From NCBI GenBank assembly GCA_039819405.1, contig JBCBSB010000008.1, positions 451 through 64,450 on the forward strand: a stretch of 64,000 bases of DNA, given 5' to 3'. The DNA comes from Pseudomonadota bacterium. GTDB lineage: Bacteria; Pseudomonadota; Alphaproteobacteria; Caulobacterales; Parvularculaceae. Shown here piece by piece: positions 7,261-17,673 of this stretch (positions are counted from its first letter, which is position 1; each line of letters starts with the position of its first letter). The translations under genes and the position numbers were made by a program. The notes under the pieces were generated by a model. The model did no database searches. It was not told the DNA's origin and saw only the letters and a program-made list of their open reading frames with translations.

Positions 7261-7908
7261 ATGACCATGGCTGATATTATCTGGGACATGTCGGAACGCA
7301 CGATCGTCCGGAAGACCGGCGACGAACCGCAACAGGAAACGCTGCCCGATCCGCAGTTGAAAAAGGTCAAGCAAGGCGAGCGGATGCGCTTCGACGCGCA
7401 TGCGAATGTCGTATCGATGCCCGAAGGCATGCATCTTAAAAAAGCGACGATTTTCTCGAACGTGCCAAATGGCGGCGTCTGGGAACTGATCAGCGATGAA
7501 GGAACCGCCGTCGGCGGGCGCGGCACAGCGCCGTCGCCGCTGATGTATTTCGCCGCCGGTCTCGGCTTTTGCCTGATGAGCCATGTTGAGATGCTCAGCA
7601 AGCAAATGGATATCGAGCTGAAAGCGGTGCGCCTTGAACAACGCTCGTCATGGACGACGACCCTCGACTTCGGCGGCATCCATCCATCGGATGTTTTCGG
7701 CAAAGGCGAACGCATGGAGCTTAACCTGCTGGTCGAAAGCGACGAGCCCCAGGACAAGCTGGAAAACTTCGTCGCCTGGTGCCGTCAGGCCTGCATGGCG
7801 CTGCAGACAACCGCCGCCGCGACGCCGTCGCTGACCCGCCTGTTCGTCAATGGAGAAAACATTGGCGACATCGGCGGCGAAAGCGCCTTTGAACAAGCTC
7901 CCGCCTGA
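7261..7908 (+). CDS. OsmC/Ohr family peroxiredoxin-like protein
   Basis: SDEGTAVGGRGTAPSPLMYFAAGLGFCL matches the OsmC core motif (G..APSP.E....ALG.C). Confidence 0.7.
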   Translation: MTMADIIWDMSERTIVRKTGDEPQQETLPDPQLKKVKQGERMRFDAHANVVSMPEGMHLKKATIFSNVPNGGVWELISDEGTAVGGRGTAPSPLMYFAAGLGFCLMSHVEMLSKQMDIELKAVRLEQRSSWTTTLDFGGIHPSDVFGKGERMELNLLVESDEPQDKLENFVAWCRQACMALQTTAAATPSLTRLFVNGENIGDIGGESAFEQAPA

Positions 7909-8013
7909 TAAAACGCCCGCTATTCCGGCGCAGGCGCAAACCATAACCGGCGCGCATTGACCTTGAACACAGACCTCAAGGCAATGCGCGTGACGCGCGC
8001 GGGCGTCAACAAA

Positions 8014-8047
8014 ACAACAAAAAAGAGGCGCCGATCCGCGCCTCTTG
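8014..8047 (-). terminator. Rho-independent terminator (strong on the minus strand)
   Basis: The stem is agaggcgc/gcgcctct. On the minus strand it is followed by ttttttgttgtttt. It lies between convergent genes. Confidence 0.7.
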
Positions 8048-8131
8048 GGTTATCGATGACATCGACCAATTTAGTCTATTCATGATTACAGGCGTTCATC
8101 AACAAATCAGTATTTGCGGTCATTTCCAGTC

Positions 8132-8827
8132 TTATATTTTAAAATTGCCAGGCCCCATCATGTCAGGCAAATTCTCGCTTGCGACCGGGCATGCAACGCA
8201 GGACTTACCGTTCAAACGATAATTATTAGCGTGGTAGCGACTTAACCAATTGAGCTTTGTTTCGATCAATTCGGTGACCGGCTCGTCGGTAATTTCCAAA
8301 AGGATGCGTTTCAGCCGCACGCCACCGCTAAAGCTTCCCGACAGGTTTTGCGGATCGACCTCGCGCACGCTCTTTGGATCGGCGATATCGTCAAAGGTGA
8401 CCAGCATCGGATATTGATCCGGCGCGAGCGTCGCTTTGCGCCCCTGCGCTCTCGACAAGGCGCGAAAACTCTCGACGTCAAATCCGGGTTCGGGTGCAAA
8501 ACCCAGGGCCCAAAATGCTGCACGCCGCGGGTCACCCTTATCGTGAGGTGATTTTAACAATGCGAACAGCGTTTCCTTGCCCGGAATATCGACAAACGCC
8601 GCTTCGCCGCGCATCCAGCTTGCATTGGGACGGCCGGTCATCGAGGCGCCATAAGCTTCCTTCCAAAATACCTTGATGACGCTGGAACCGGTGTAAACCT
8701 CACCCCCCGCCTCCACCTCCAGCGTCAGCTTCTGACGCCATGTGAAAAGCGGCTTCCAACAACCCGGCAGCGCCAGCGCCGCCGGGGCGCATAACGCCGT
8801 CCGTCTCGTCACATGATCAAGCCGCAT
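8132..8827 (-). CDS. Hypothetical lipoprotein
   Basis: Lipobox LALPGC after start MRLDHV (8827). No recognisable domain. Confidence 0.5.
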   Translation of the reverse strand: MRLDHVTRRTALCAPAALALPGCWKPLFTWRQKLTLEVEAGGEVYTGSSVIKVFWKEAYGASMTGRPNASWMRGEAAFVDIPGKETLFALLKSPHDKGDPRRAAFWALGFAPEPGFDVESFRALSRAQGRKATLAPDQYPMLVTFDDIADPKSVREVDPQNLSGSFSGGVRLKRILLEITDEPVTELIETKLNWLSRYHANNYRLNGKSCVACPVASENLPDMMGPGNFKI

Positions 8828-8926
8828 AAGCGCAACTCCTGAAGACAACTTTGTTTTCACCGCCGCAAACAAAAAAGGCGCGCCGAAGCGCGCCTTTATC
8901 AATATACGCCCGACATGAGCCAGGCG

Positions 8927-9661
8927 TTAATTATTTGCGATATTGGAAATCTTGTTTTTCGGCGCCGACTTGTCGGTGACGAAATGGCGGACATGGTCGG
9001 CCATTTCCTCAATGCCCTGCTGGTGCAGTTGAACCGGGTTGGCGGCGATCTCTCTGACGCCGGTGATTTCTTCGCGCGCCATCCGGTTCAGTTTCGACGC
9101 GGCGAGGTCGTCGGCATAACCGTCGAGGCTGACGGTCTGGCTGGCGGATGACAGCTCTTCAGCGAAATAGGCCGTCTGCTGAACGAACACCATCAGCGAC
9201 GTTGCGAGATTACCCCGCGCCATGCCGTAGTCGCTGATCTCATAGCGGCTGATATAAGCCGACCCGGAAGGATCGAGACCGGCGCTGGCGAATGCATATC
9301 GGTAATTGAATGCGTTCACCGTCTGCGGGTTTGCGTTCCCCGCATACGCCGCCAGCATGGACAGGCCAACGCATTTGCTGAAATTCTCTCCGCTGCAGGC
9401 CGTCGGAATAAGCCGGAAATTTACCGCGCCGGCGAAATTCGCATCGATGAAAGGCTGGCCGTTGTCCGCGGTGTAGGACTGCCAGGTCACGCCAAGCTCG
9501 TTCAAAATCGGGCCGACCTTGTCGACGCCGAAATCGCTGATCATGCTGGTCGGATTCGTGACCGGCGCTGTCGCCGCCGGCGCTCCCAGCTGAGTGTTCT
9601 GCGCTGACGCGCCCGATACGCAAACGGCGCCCGCGAGCACCGCCCCAAAAAATCGCTTCAT
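8927..9661 (-). CDS. Hypothetical secreted protein
   Basis: Signal peptide MKRFFGAVLAGAVCVSGASAQ. No family recognised with confidence. Confidence 0.5.
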   Translation of the reverse strand: MKRFFGAVLAGAVCVSGASAQNTQLGAPAATAPVTNPTSMISDFGVDKVGPILNELGVTWQSYTADNGQPFIDANFAGAVNFRLIPTACSGENFSKCVGLSMLAAYAGNANPQTVNAFNYRYAFASAGLDPSGSAYISRYEISDYGMARGNLATSLMVFVQQTAYFAEELSSASQTVSLDGYADDLAASKLNRMAREEITGVREIAANPVQLHQQGIEEMADHVRHFVTDKSAPKNKISNIANN

Positions 9662-9803
9662 GACCCCAAACCTTCCCCTGATTGATCAACTGCACTTTTA
9701 AGTCGGCGAGGAGCTTAATCGAAAAGCGCGGCCCCGGCAAAGCGGGCCGGCAATTGCCTGTTTATGGTGACTTTTGCCCCGGCCCGTGGTTTACGCGGGG
9801 CCC

Positions 9804-11123
9804 ATGAACGCAATTTCTGAAAATCCCGCCCCCACCGGGCTTGAGGCGCGCCGCGCCGCACTCGATATCCTGGAGCGCATCCATGGCGGGGAAACCCTCG
9901 ATGAGGCGCTCGGCGCCTGCCGCTCCTTCGAAGTGCTGGAAGGGCCGGACCGGGGCTTCGCCCGCGCCCTGGCGAGTGCGGTCCTGCGCCGGCGCGGCTC
10001 GCTCGACCATCTCCTCGGCGCCTATATCGACCGGCCGCTGCCGAAAAAAGCGGTGCGGGTGATGGACATCTTGCGGCTAGCCGCCGTGCAGCTTGTCTTT
10101 CTCGGCACGCCCGCCCACGCCGCCGTTTCCACCGCCGTCAATCTAGCCGCCGACCGGCGAGAGACCGCCGGCTATGGCAAGCTGATCAATGCGGTCGCGC
10201 GCAAAATCGCAAAGCTCGGCGAAGGCGCAACGCAAAAGCTGCCGGCCCGCGCCGACACCCCGGCCTGGCTGTGGCGCTCGTGGGAGCGCGCCTATGGCCC
10301 GCAACAAACCCGCGCCATCGCCGACGCGCATACGCGCGAAGCGCCCCTCGATATTCAGTTGAAAAACCCCGATGACGCAAAAGCCTGGGCGGATCGTCTT
10401 GAGGCGGAGGTTTTGCTTGACGGGACTTTGCGCCTGACCGGCGCGCGCGATGTCACGTCTCTCCCCGGATTCGCTGAAGGCGACTGGTGGGTGCAGGATG
10501 TTGCGGCCAGCCTGCCCGCGCGGCTCCTCGGCGACGTTTCGGGAAAGACCGTATACGACCTTTGCGCGGCGCCGGGCGGCAAGACGCTGCAGCTCGCGGC
10601 GCGCGGCGCGCACGTCACGGCGGTTGATATTTCCGCGCCCCGACTTGAGCGGGTGTCGGAAAATCTCAGCCGAACCGGCCTTAAGGCGGATATCGTTGCG
10701 GAAGACGCCTTGCGTTGGAAAGCCCCGGCGCAAGCGGATGCGGCGCTCCTCGATGCGCCCTGTTCCGCAACCGGCACGATCCGGCGCCATCCCGATATCC
10801 CCTGGCTGAAAACCGAAACCGACATTGAAGCGCTCACCAGCCTGCAGGCGAGAATGATCGACCATGCCCTGACAATGGTGAAACCCGGCGGCATGCTGGT
10901 TTATTGCGTCTGCTCGCTGCAGCGTGAAGAGGGCGAGCGCCAGGCCCGTCAGGCGCTGGAACGCCACCCCTCTCTCACGCGCGTTCCCGTGACGAAAGAC
11001 GAGATCGGCGGGCTCTCTCAGGCGATTAACCGCGAGGGCGATCTGCGCACCCTGCCCTCCATGCTGGCGGACAAGGGCGGCATGGACGGTTTCTTCGCCG
11101 CGCGCTTCAGGCTCGCCGATTAG
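9804..11123 (+). CDS. rsmB: 16S rRNA (cytosine-C5)-methyltransferase RsmB/Sun family
   Basis: NusB-like N-terminus plus the SAM motif DLCAAPGGKT, and DAPCSATGTIRRHPD and VYCVCS with the catalytic Cys residues. The start could be 9774 or 9804. Confidence 0.85.
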   Translation: MNAISENPAPTGLEARRAALDILERIHGGETLDEALGACRSFEVLEGPDRGFARALASAVLRRRGSLDHLLGAYIDRPLPKKAVRVMDILRLAAVQLVFLGTPAHAAVSTAVNLAADRRETAGYGKLINAVARKIAKLGEGATQKLPARADTPAWLWRSWERAYGPQQTRAIADAHTREAPLDIQLKNPDDAKAWADRLEAEVLLDGTLRLTGARDVTSLPGFAEGDWWVQDVAASLPARLLGDVSGKTVYDLCAAPGGKTLQLAARGAHVTAVDISAPRLERVSENLSRTGLKADIVAEDALRWKAPAQADAALLDAPCSATGTIRRHPDIPWLKTETDIEALTSLQARMIDHALTMVKPGGMLVYCVCSLQREEGERQARQALERHPSLTRVPVTKDEIGGLSQAINREGDLRTLPSMLADKGGMDGFFAARFRLAD

Positions 11124-11265
11124 GCCCGGTTAATCATTCCTTAACCTTACCAAACCCCCCTGAAATAAGCGGATTTCAGGGCTTTTGCCCCTTGATCCCG
11201 AGCCCGCCGCCCACGATATTAAGGGCCGCTATTTCAACGGGTCGAAACGGAAAGGACGACACCTT

Positions 11266-11991
11266 ATGAATGAACCTCGCAGACAGTTTGGCACGGTCGC
11301 ACAGACTGGCGGTGTCGCGATTGATGAGGGCCTGCGCCAATATATGCTTGGCGTTTACAACTATATGGCGCTCGGTGTTGCTGCGACTGGCTTTATGTCG
11401 ATGTTTATCGCCAGCAACGAAGCAATCGTACGAACAATTATGAGCGGCCCATTTTTTTGGGTCGGCTTCGCCGGCATCCTCGGCCTTGGCTGGTTCGCGC
11501 CGCGCGTCATGATGAACGGCTCGAAGGTCGCCGCCCATGGCATGTTCTGGGCGTACGCCGCCCTTTGGGGCGTAATGATTGCGCCCATGCTTTACATGAC
11601 TCAGCAGGCGGGTGCGGCGCAAGATATCTACCGAGCGTTTTTCATCACTGCGGCCTTGTTCGGCTCTTTGAGCCTGTGGGGCTACACTACAAAACGCGAC
11701 CTCTCAGGTTGGGGCAGCTTTCTCGTCATGGCTTCAGTTGGGCTCTTACTCGCCATTATTGTTAATGCTCTGATCTTTAAGAGCGGCATGATGAGTTTAC
11801 TTACTTCATCTGCAGTTGTGTTGGTGTTTTCCGGTGCAACCGCTTGGCAAACGCAGTCAATTAAATCCTGGTATCGCGAAGGTAGCGCCACCAATGACCG
11901 CGCCGCAATCTTTGGAGCTTTTGCGCTCTATGGCTCGTTCGTTGTCCTGTTCATACACATCCTGAATATCCTCGGAATCATGCGCGAATAG
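11266..11991 (+). CDS. Bax-inhibitor-1/YccA family membrane protein
   Basis: DEGLRQYMLGVYNYMALGVAATG followed by 7 predicted helices. ATG 11266 with a ggaaagga RBS. Confidence 0.8.
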   Translation: MNEPRRQFGTVAQTGGVAIDEGLRQYMLGVYNYMALGVAATGFMSMFIASNEAIVRTIMSGPFFWVGFAGILGLGWFAPRVMMNGSKVAAHGMFWAYAALWGVMIAPMLYMTQQAGAAQDIYRAFFITAALFGSLSLWGYTTKRDLSGWGSFLVMASVGLLLAIIVNALIFKSGMMSLLTSSAVVLVFSGATAWQTQSIKSWYREGSATNDRAAIFGAFALYGSFVVLFIHILNILGIMRE

Positions 11992-12009
11992 CGCTGACAA
12001 CATTCGTTT

Positions 12010-12040
12010 AAAACCCCGCCTTGATGGCGGGGTTTTTTTT
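12010..12040 (+). terminator. Rho-independent terminator
   Basis: aaaaccccgcc-ttgat-ggcggggtttttttt. Confidence 0.85.
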
Positions 12041-12115
12041 GCCTCTGACCGCCCTGTGATCGAATGTCAGCAAAAGGGATTTGCCGGTGACAAACATCGC
12101 TTCTAGTGTCCGCCC

Positions 12116-13342
12116 ATGATTGCAAAAGATTTTTTCGACCTGCCCGTCACCAATGCCGATGCGGACGCCGCCTGCGGCTATGACCGCTATGTCGCCGAGT
12201 TTTTAAGCTACGGTCCGAATTTGCGCGCGCTGTTTGACGTTGCGGACGCTTATCCGAAAGCGCCGCTGTTGAACGCCCATGCCGCCGCCTTGCATATGGC
12301 GTTCGAAGGCGCGGAAGGATGGACCGCCGCTGCGCCTTATCTCGCGCGCATGCGCGAGACCATGCGTTACGGAAACACCCGCGAACAATTGTTCTGCGCG
12401 GCGACCGAGGCCTGGGCTGCGAAGGATTTTTCAAACGCCCTTGATCATCTGGAAGACCTGACCGTACGCTGGCCCGCTGATTTATGCGCGCTTAAATGGG
12501 CGCAATATCACGCGTTCAATCTGGGTGACGCCGCCGCGCTTTTACGTTTTGGCGAGCGCGCCGTCATCGTTCATGAAAACGCGCCGTACGCCCATGGCAT
12601 GACGGCGTTTGGACTGGAGCAAAACCATCGCCTGCGCGAAGCGGAAGAAGCGGGCATGCACGCAAGCGAAATCGCCCTCGACGACGCCTGGGCGCATCAC
12701 GCGGTCGCGCATGTTCTCGAAACGGAAGGCCGCGCAAAGGAAGGCGCGCGCTGGCTCGAGCACTGCGCCCACACATGGGACAATAAAGGCGTTTTCATCC
12801 GCGATCATAACTGGTGGCACGCGGCGCTGTTTCGCCTTGCCCTCGGGCGAGAGGACGAAGCCCTGAAAATTTATGACGAACGTTTGTGGGGCGAATGGCC
12901 GGAATTTCCGCAGGAACAGATCGGCGCCGTTTCCATGCTGTGGCGGCTGGAACTGCGCGGCGTCGATGTCGGCGAACGATGGGCGCCAGTCGTGGAACAG
13001 GCGCGCATGCGCGCCGGCGAACATCTCTTCCCCTTTCACGATCTGCACTATCTTTACGCCCTGGCGCGCGCCGGCGATGACGACGAAGCTGGCAGGTTCC
13101 TGACGTCTATCAAAAACAAAGCCGCCGATGACACTTCAAACGATGTCTGGCGTGAGCAATGTTTTCCCGCCGCAGAGGCGCTTCTCACTTTTGCTTCCGG
13201 CAACCGCGCCGGCGCCGCCGAACGTCTGGCGCCGATATTGAGCGATCTCTATCGCATTGGCGGCAGTCACGCCCAGCGTCATGTGTTTGTGGAAACATTC
13301 GAGGCGTGCCTTGATGGTGAAGAGCGAGTACGCGTCAACTGA
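12116..13342 (+). CDS. TPR-fold protein (TTC38-like family)
   Basis: All-helical repeat protein. The N-terminal region GYDRYVAEFLSYGPNL...APLLNAHAAALHM resembles bacterial TTC38 homologues as I recall them. Confidence 0.55.
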   Translation: MIAKDFFDLPVTNADADAACGYDRYVAEFLSYGPNLRALFDVADAYPKAPLLNAHAAALHMAFEGAEGWTAAAPYLARMRETMRYGNTREQLFCAATEAWAAKDFSNALDHLEDLTVRWPADLCALKWAQYHAFNLGDAAALLRFGERAVIVHENAPYAHGMTAFGLEQNHRLREAEEAGMHASEIALDDAWAHHAVAHVLETEGRAKEGARWLEHCAHTWDNKGVFIRDHNWWHAALFRLALGREDEALKIYDERLWGEWPEFPQEQIGAVSMLWRLELRGVDVGERWAPVVEQARMRAGEHLFPFHDLHYLYALARAGDDDEAGRFLTSIKNKAADDTSNDVWREQCFPAAEALLTFASGNRAGAAERLAPILSDLYRIGGSHAQRHVFVETFEACLDGEERVRVN

Positions 13343-13367
13343 AATGATAGGTTAGACTTTTTTCCGC

Positions 13368-13446
13368 CGCTCATCCCCGCGAAGGCGGGGATCCAGCAGC
13401 ATGCTGATTGTTTTCTATGAATTCCCGCTTTCGCGGGAATGAGCGG
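13368..13446. repeat. REP/MITE-like paired palindromic element (family copy B)
   Basis: cgctcatccccgcgaaggcggggatccag ... atgaattcccgctttcgcgggaatgagcgg. Confidence 0.8.
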
Positions 13447-13459
13447 AAAGAAGGCTCTT

Positions 13460-13801
13460 TCAGGTCGCCAGCTTCAGCTTCTGACGGTCAAAGACACGCA
13501 GCACCTGCGCCAGATCGTGACCGCGTTTCAGGATCGCGCCGCTCATCGAGACGACCAGAAATGCGCCCTGTTTACGCGCCAGCTTCGGGCGCTTCTCAAT
13601 CCGGTAAAGCGGCACTTCCGACGCGCGTCGGTAAATGCTGAAAACCGCCGCTTCCTCAAGGCAATCGATCGCATAGTCCCGCCAGTCGCCTGCGGCGACA
13701 AACTGGCCATAGAGCCCGAGAATACGGGTGAGCTCGGATCGGGTGAAGGCGATGGGGTCAGCCCGGCGGCGGGGCGGCGGCGCGGCGTGTTGGATTCGCA
13801 T
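13460..13801 (-). CDS. DUF2794-like conserved alphaproteobacterial protein
   Basis: FTRSELTRILGLYGQFVAAGDWRDYAID...VPLYRIEKRPKLARKQGAF...ILKRGHDLAQVLRVFD matches my recollection of DUF2794. Confidence 0.65.
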   Translation of the reverse strand: MRIQHAAPPPRRRADPIAFTRSELTRILGLYGQFVAAGDWRDYAIDCLEEAAVFSIYRRASEVPLYRIEKRPKLARKQGAFLVVSMSGAILKRGHDLAQVLRVFDRQKLKLAT

Positions 13802-14109
13802 GAGCTAAGTCTTGCCCGCCACGCCCGGTTGGGCAAGACGTAAAACCCGGTTTTTTCCGCGCAAAACCACAACCGCCAGGGGAAAAACGTTCTTAAAATA
13901 GCCTTAATTGATCCCTTCCACCGCCTAATTCCCCCGCCAATGTCATCTGGCCGGGCAAGCGCGACGGTCCGGAGTTTCCGGTTTTAACCATCGCCCCCAG
14001 CCCCCGGGATTTCAGGCAATAGCGCCTGTCCGGCGCTTTTTGCCTCAACGGCAATGTTCACGCGACTGGCTTGACGAGGCCGGCCAACGGCTCGACACCC
14101 TTGGCCATT

Positions 14110-15042
14110 ATGAACGCTGTCATCACTGTCGCTTTTCCCGTCTTCGCCATCATCGCCGTCGGCCTATTCGCGGGTCGGGCGAAACTGATGAGCGCGGGCG
14201 ACAGTCAGGCGCTGAACAAGTTTGTTTTCCGCTTCGCGATGCCCGCCGCCCTGTTCGGCCTGACGGCGGGAACGCCCCCGCCAGGCGCGCAGGATGTCAC
14301 TATCGCCGTCGCCTATGGCGCCGCCGCATTTGTCGCCCTGTTTGGCGGTTATTTTCTGGCGCAAGTCTTATTTCCCGTGTCCAAACCGGAAGCCGGCGCC
14401 CATGGTTTCGCTTCGACCCTTGGTAACGCCGTTTTTCTCGGCCTGCCCATTGCCTTGACGATTGACGAATGGGCGCGACCCTTTGTCGTCCTTATGCTGA
14501 TCGAAGGGGTTTTCGTCATCGCTATTGGCGCCGCATTGATGGCGCCGCGTAATAAGGAAGGGTCGCTGTTAAAACGACTCAGGGGATATTTCGCCGGTCC
14601 GCTGCGCAATCCGCTGGTGCTGGCCATGGTCGCAGGCTTCGTCTATTCGGCGCTTGGCTTTTCTTTTTCGGGACCGGCCGAGACGTTCTTTTCAATCCTG
14701 GGACGCGCAGCCGGACCGACCGCCCTGTTTTCCCTCGGCTTGTTTCTGGCGACACACCAGTTTCCGGAACTTAAATCCGTCGCCGGCCGGGTCGGCGCCA
14801 TCGCGCTTGTAAAAATGGCGGTGCTTCCCGCAATTGCGCTCGGCGTTGCGCTCGGCTTAGGGCTTGATGACCCTGCTTATCTCGGCGCGCTGGCGCTGTT
14901 CGTGTTCGTCCCCTCCGGCGTCGGGTCGTTCATCATCGCCAGCCAGTATGGCGTTTACACCAGCGAGACGGCGGCGGCGGTGAGTTTCACGACGCTGTTG
15001 TCGCTATTGACCGTCGCGGGCGTGTTGATGGTGTTTGGTTAG
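14110..15042 (+). CDS. AEC (auxin efflux carrier) family transporter
   Basis: MNAVITVAFPVFAIIAVGLFAGR...LNKFVFRFAMPAALF, with about 10 helices. Confidence 0.75.
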   Translation: MNAVITVAFPVFAIIAVGLFAGRAKLMSAGDSQALNKFVFRFAMPAALFGLTAGTPPPGAQDVTIAVAYGAAAFVALFGGYFLAQVLFPVSKPEAGAHGFASTLGNAVFLGLPIALTIDEWARPFVVLMLIEGVFVIAIGAALMAPRNKEGSLLKRLRGYFAGPLRNPLVLAMVAGFVYSALGFSFSGPAETFFSILGRAAGPTALFSLGLFLATHQFPELKSVAGRVGAIALVKMAVLPAIALGVALGLGLDDPAYLGALALFVFVPSGVGSFIIASQYGVYTSETAAAVSFTTLLSLLTVAGVLMVFG

Positions 15043-15176
15043 ATATGCTTTTTGGCGAAGCAGGAAATTAGACCGCACCTCTACAATGAGCGTTTGATCC
15101 TTAAATCAAACGTAGGATTAGAGGCTGTATTACGACCCAAAGCTGAATGCGCCGCACCAATATCGCAAGCCAGCCA

Positions 15177-15728
15177 TCACGGTGCGGGCGGCGGCCCTGG
15201 CGGAACACAACCACCGCGCGCAACCGCATCCTTCATCGAATTGCCGAAACACTGTGCGCCAAAATGCGGCGTATTCTGGAAAGCTTCAATCTTCCAACCA
15301 TCATCTGTATGCCGAATAATGGCAAGTGGATGGGCCTCTGGCGGCGCCTCGGGACGCACCTCGCCGGCACTATAAACCCAGCCGTTGAGACCGACGAGCG
15401 CCACGTCAGCGTCGATGAAACGCAACGACTCGACATCTAGGTCGAAGACGCTGCCAGCGTAAAAACCGTCCCAGATCTGTTGATGACCTTCTGCAATCAT
15501 GTCAGCGCCGCTAAGACGATAGCCGAACCAAGTCGTAAAATTGGCGTCCTCAGTGAATTGCGCGCCCCAAGCAGCACCGTCGGCATTCGCCCAGGCTGTC
15601 TCGAGGCTTTCGAAAATAGCGCTAATCTCGTAAGTGTCTGCGTCGCGTTTTGAGGCGTCACGGTCCACGGCCATCGCGCTGGTTGTCACAAGAAAGGCTG
15701 CTGCGAGCATATTCGTCATTGTCTTCAT
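15177..15728 (-). CDS. SnoaL/SgcJ-like (NTF2 fold) secreted protein
   Basis: Signal peptide MKTMTNMLAAAFLVTTSAMA, then IFESLETAWANADGAAWGAQFTEDA...WKIEAFQNT, which is typical of the SgcJ/EcaC family. Confidence 0.6.
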   Translation of the reverse strand: MKTMTNMLAAAFLVTTSAMAVDRDASKRDADTYEISAIFESLETAWANADGAAWGAQFTEDANFTTWFGYRLSGADMIAEGHQQIWDGFYAGSVFDLDVESLRFIDADVALVGLNGWVYSAGEVRPEAPPEAHPLAIIRHTDDGWKIEAFQNTPHFGAQCFGNSMKDAVARGGCVPPGPPPAP

Positions 15729-16041
15729 GGTCTCTCCGCTGAGCACTGCAAGCCTGAAGATTGCTAAGTCAGATGACAATTACGCATCAGGGGTCAGTGC
15801 GTCAAATCGGTGGGGCGTTACCCCTTTGTCGCTGCGCCACATCCCCCCGCAGGCGAAAGAGCGATTTCTTCTCCGTTGAAAATGTGGCGCTCCACATCTC
15901 GTTGAGGAGACCGAAGCCCTTCATCTTCCGCTTTGACAGCAGTGTGAATCCCGACCCAAGATCTTTAATTTCTTAGATCCGCTTCTAGTACAGAGCAAGA
16001 ATTCGCTCTGATCGTTATCATGTCCACCGACTTGAAAACCT

Positions 16042-17547
16042 TCACACCCGGCGCGCCAAAACCTTCTTCACCGCCTCAACTAATTCACCGCGCTTAACTG
16101 CAAACTGCGCCGGCTGTTCTTCGCGCCATTCGGTATTGTCTTCGATCTTTTTAGATAGCTCGGCGCCAAGCACCAAGTCCTTGATTGTGACCTCATCTGC
16201 TGCGCGTTCATCCTCACCCTGAATGATCGCAACTGGCGCCGCACGTTTATCCGCATATTTCAGTTGCTTGGCGAAGTTCGAGCCGCCGAGATAAACCTCG
16301 GCGCGAATGCCCGCCGCGCGCAGCTCAGCCGCCATCGTCTGGTAGGACGCCATCTGATCTTTTTCGAGCGCCAGCACCACAACCGGCCCGGCCGCTTGCG
16401 CGCCGGCGCCTTTTTGCAATTCAAGCGCCGTAAGCAATCGGGAAATTCCAACCGAGATCCCAACCGCCGGAACCTCGATCCCCTTGAAGCGTTTGACGAG
16501 CCCGTCATAGCGTCCGCCCCCACCGATCGACCCAAGACGCACCGGCCGTCCCTTGTCGTCTTTCGCTTCAAACGTCAGGTCCGCCTCAAACACTGGGCCC
16601 GTATAATATTCAAGCCCGCGAATGATGGAACAATCGAACGTGATCGGGCGATCATCGAAATCCGGCACCGATGCGCGAATGCCATTCAGCTCGTTCAATC
16701 CTTCGTCGCCGCTCTTTGTATCGCCGAGAAGGGCCGCCATAACCGATAGCGGATCAACGTTGGAATTGTCGGCGCCCGATTTCAGGAAATCCAGAACAAC
16801 CTGCGCGTTCTCATCGCTCAGTCCCGCGCCGTCGGTAAAATCGCCCGACTCGTCCTTGCGACCGGCGCCGAGCAGAAGCGCGACACCTTCAAGACCAAAC
16901 TTGTCGAACTTGTCCATGGACCGCATGACCGTCAGGCGGGTTTCAATGTCGCTTTCGCCGTCGAGACCGATTTTTTCAAACAATCCGTCTACGATCTTTC
17001 GGTTGCTGACGCGAATAAGAAAATCATCTTTGTCGATGCCCGCCGCCTCGATCACATCCGCAAAGAGCGCGCACATTTCGGCATCGGCATAGGGCGACGG
17101 CGCGCCAACCGTATCGGCGTCGCACTGCGTGAATTGACGAAAGCGCCCCGGCCCCGGCTTTTCATTGCGCCAGACCGGCCCGACCTGATACCGCCGAAAG
17201 GGCTTTGGCAGGCCGTCATAATTTTCCGCCACGAACCGCGCGAGCGGCGCCGTCAGATCATAACGCAGGCTCATCCATTGCTCGTCGTCATCCTGCAGCG
17301 AGAAGACGCCCTGATTGGGCCGGTCCACATCCGGCAGGAACTTGCCAAGCGCATCGGTATATTCAAACGCCGGCGTTTCCAGCGGATCAAAGCCATGCGC
17401 CTCATAAACCGCACTGATGCGCGCCAGCATCTCACGCTCGGCGACGATCTCTGCGCCCAGCCGGTCGCGAAAGCCGCGCGGGACACGCGCCTTCGGGCGG
17501 AAAGTCTTCGGTTTCTTTTTCTGGTTCTTACTTTGGTTCTGGGCCAT
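16042..17547 (-). CDS. hisS: Histidine--tRNA ligase (long alphaproteobacterial type)
   Basis: PRGFRD, RYQVGPVWRNEKPGPGRFRQFTQCD and GGGGRYDGL are class II HisS motifs. A Lys-rich N-terminal extension is present. Confidence 0.9.
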   Translation of the reverse strand: MAQNQSKNQKKKPKTFRPKARVPRGFRDRLGAEIVAEREMLARISAVYEAHGFDPLETPAFEYTDALGKFLPDVDRPNQGVFSLQDDDEQWMSLRYDLTAPLARFVAENYDGLPKPFRRYQVGPVWRNEKPGPGRFRQFTQCDADTVGAPSPYADAEMCALFADVIEAAGIDKDDFLIRVSNRKIVDGLFEKIGLDGESDIETRLTVMRSMDKFDKFGLEGVALLLGAGRKDESGDFTDGAGLSDENAQVVLDFLKSGADNSNVDPLSVMAALLGDTKSGDEGLNELNGIRASVPDFDDRPITFDCSIIRGLEYYTGPVFEADLTFEAKDDKGRPVRLGSIGGGGRYDGLVKRFKGIEVPAVGISVGISRLLTALELQKGAGAQAAGPVVVLALEKDQMASYQTMAAELRAAGIRAEVYLGGSNFAKQLKYADKRAAPVAIIQGEDERAADEVTIKDLVLGAELSKKIEDNTEWREEQPAQFAVKRGELVEAVKKVLARRV

Positions 17548-17673
17548 GGGGCGCGAGATAGCCGATGTGGCGCTGCGGGGCAATGAGACGGGCTGACCAA
17601 CGGGTGGCGATTGCGTATGGTTGAGACCTCCTCCCCGGCCCCCTATGCTGGTTCGTCAGAAGGGGAGACAAAT

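Noticed and set aside
10143-10967. 274-aa minus-strand ORF and neighbouring frames inside rsmB
   Set aside because: These are shadow ORFs opposite a gene with unambiguous RsmB motifs.
15833-15890. Inverted repeat gcgccacat ... atgtggcgc in the 260-bp spacer before hisS as a riboswitch or sRNA
   Set aside because: The stem is only 9 bp with a loop of about 40 nt. There is no recognisable riboswitch consensus and no conservation data.
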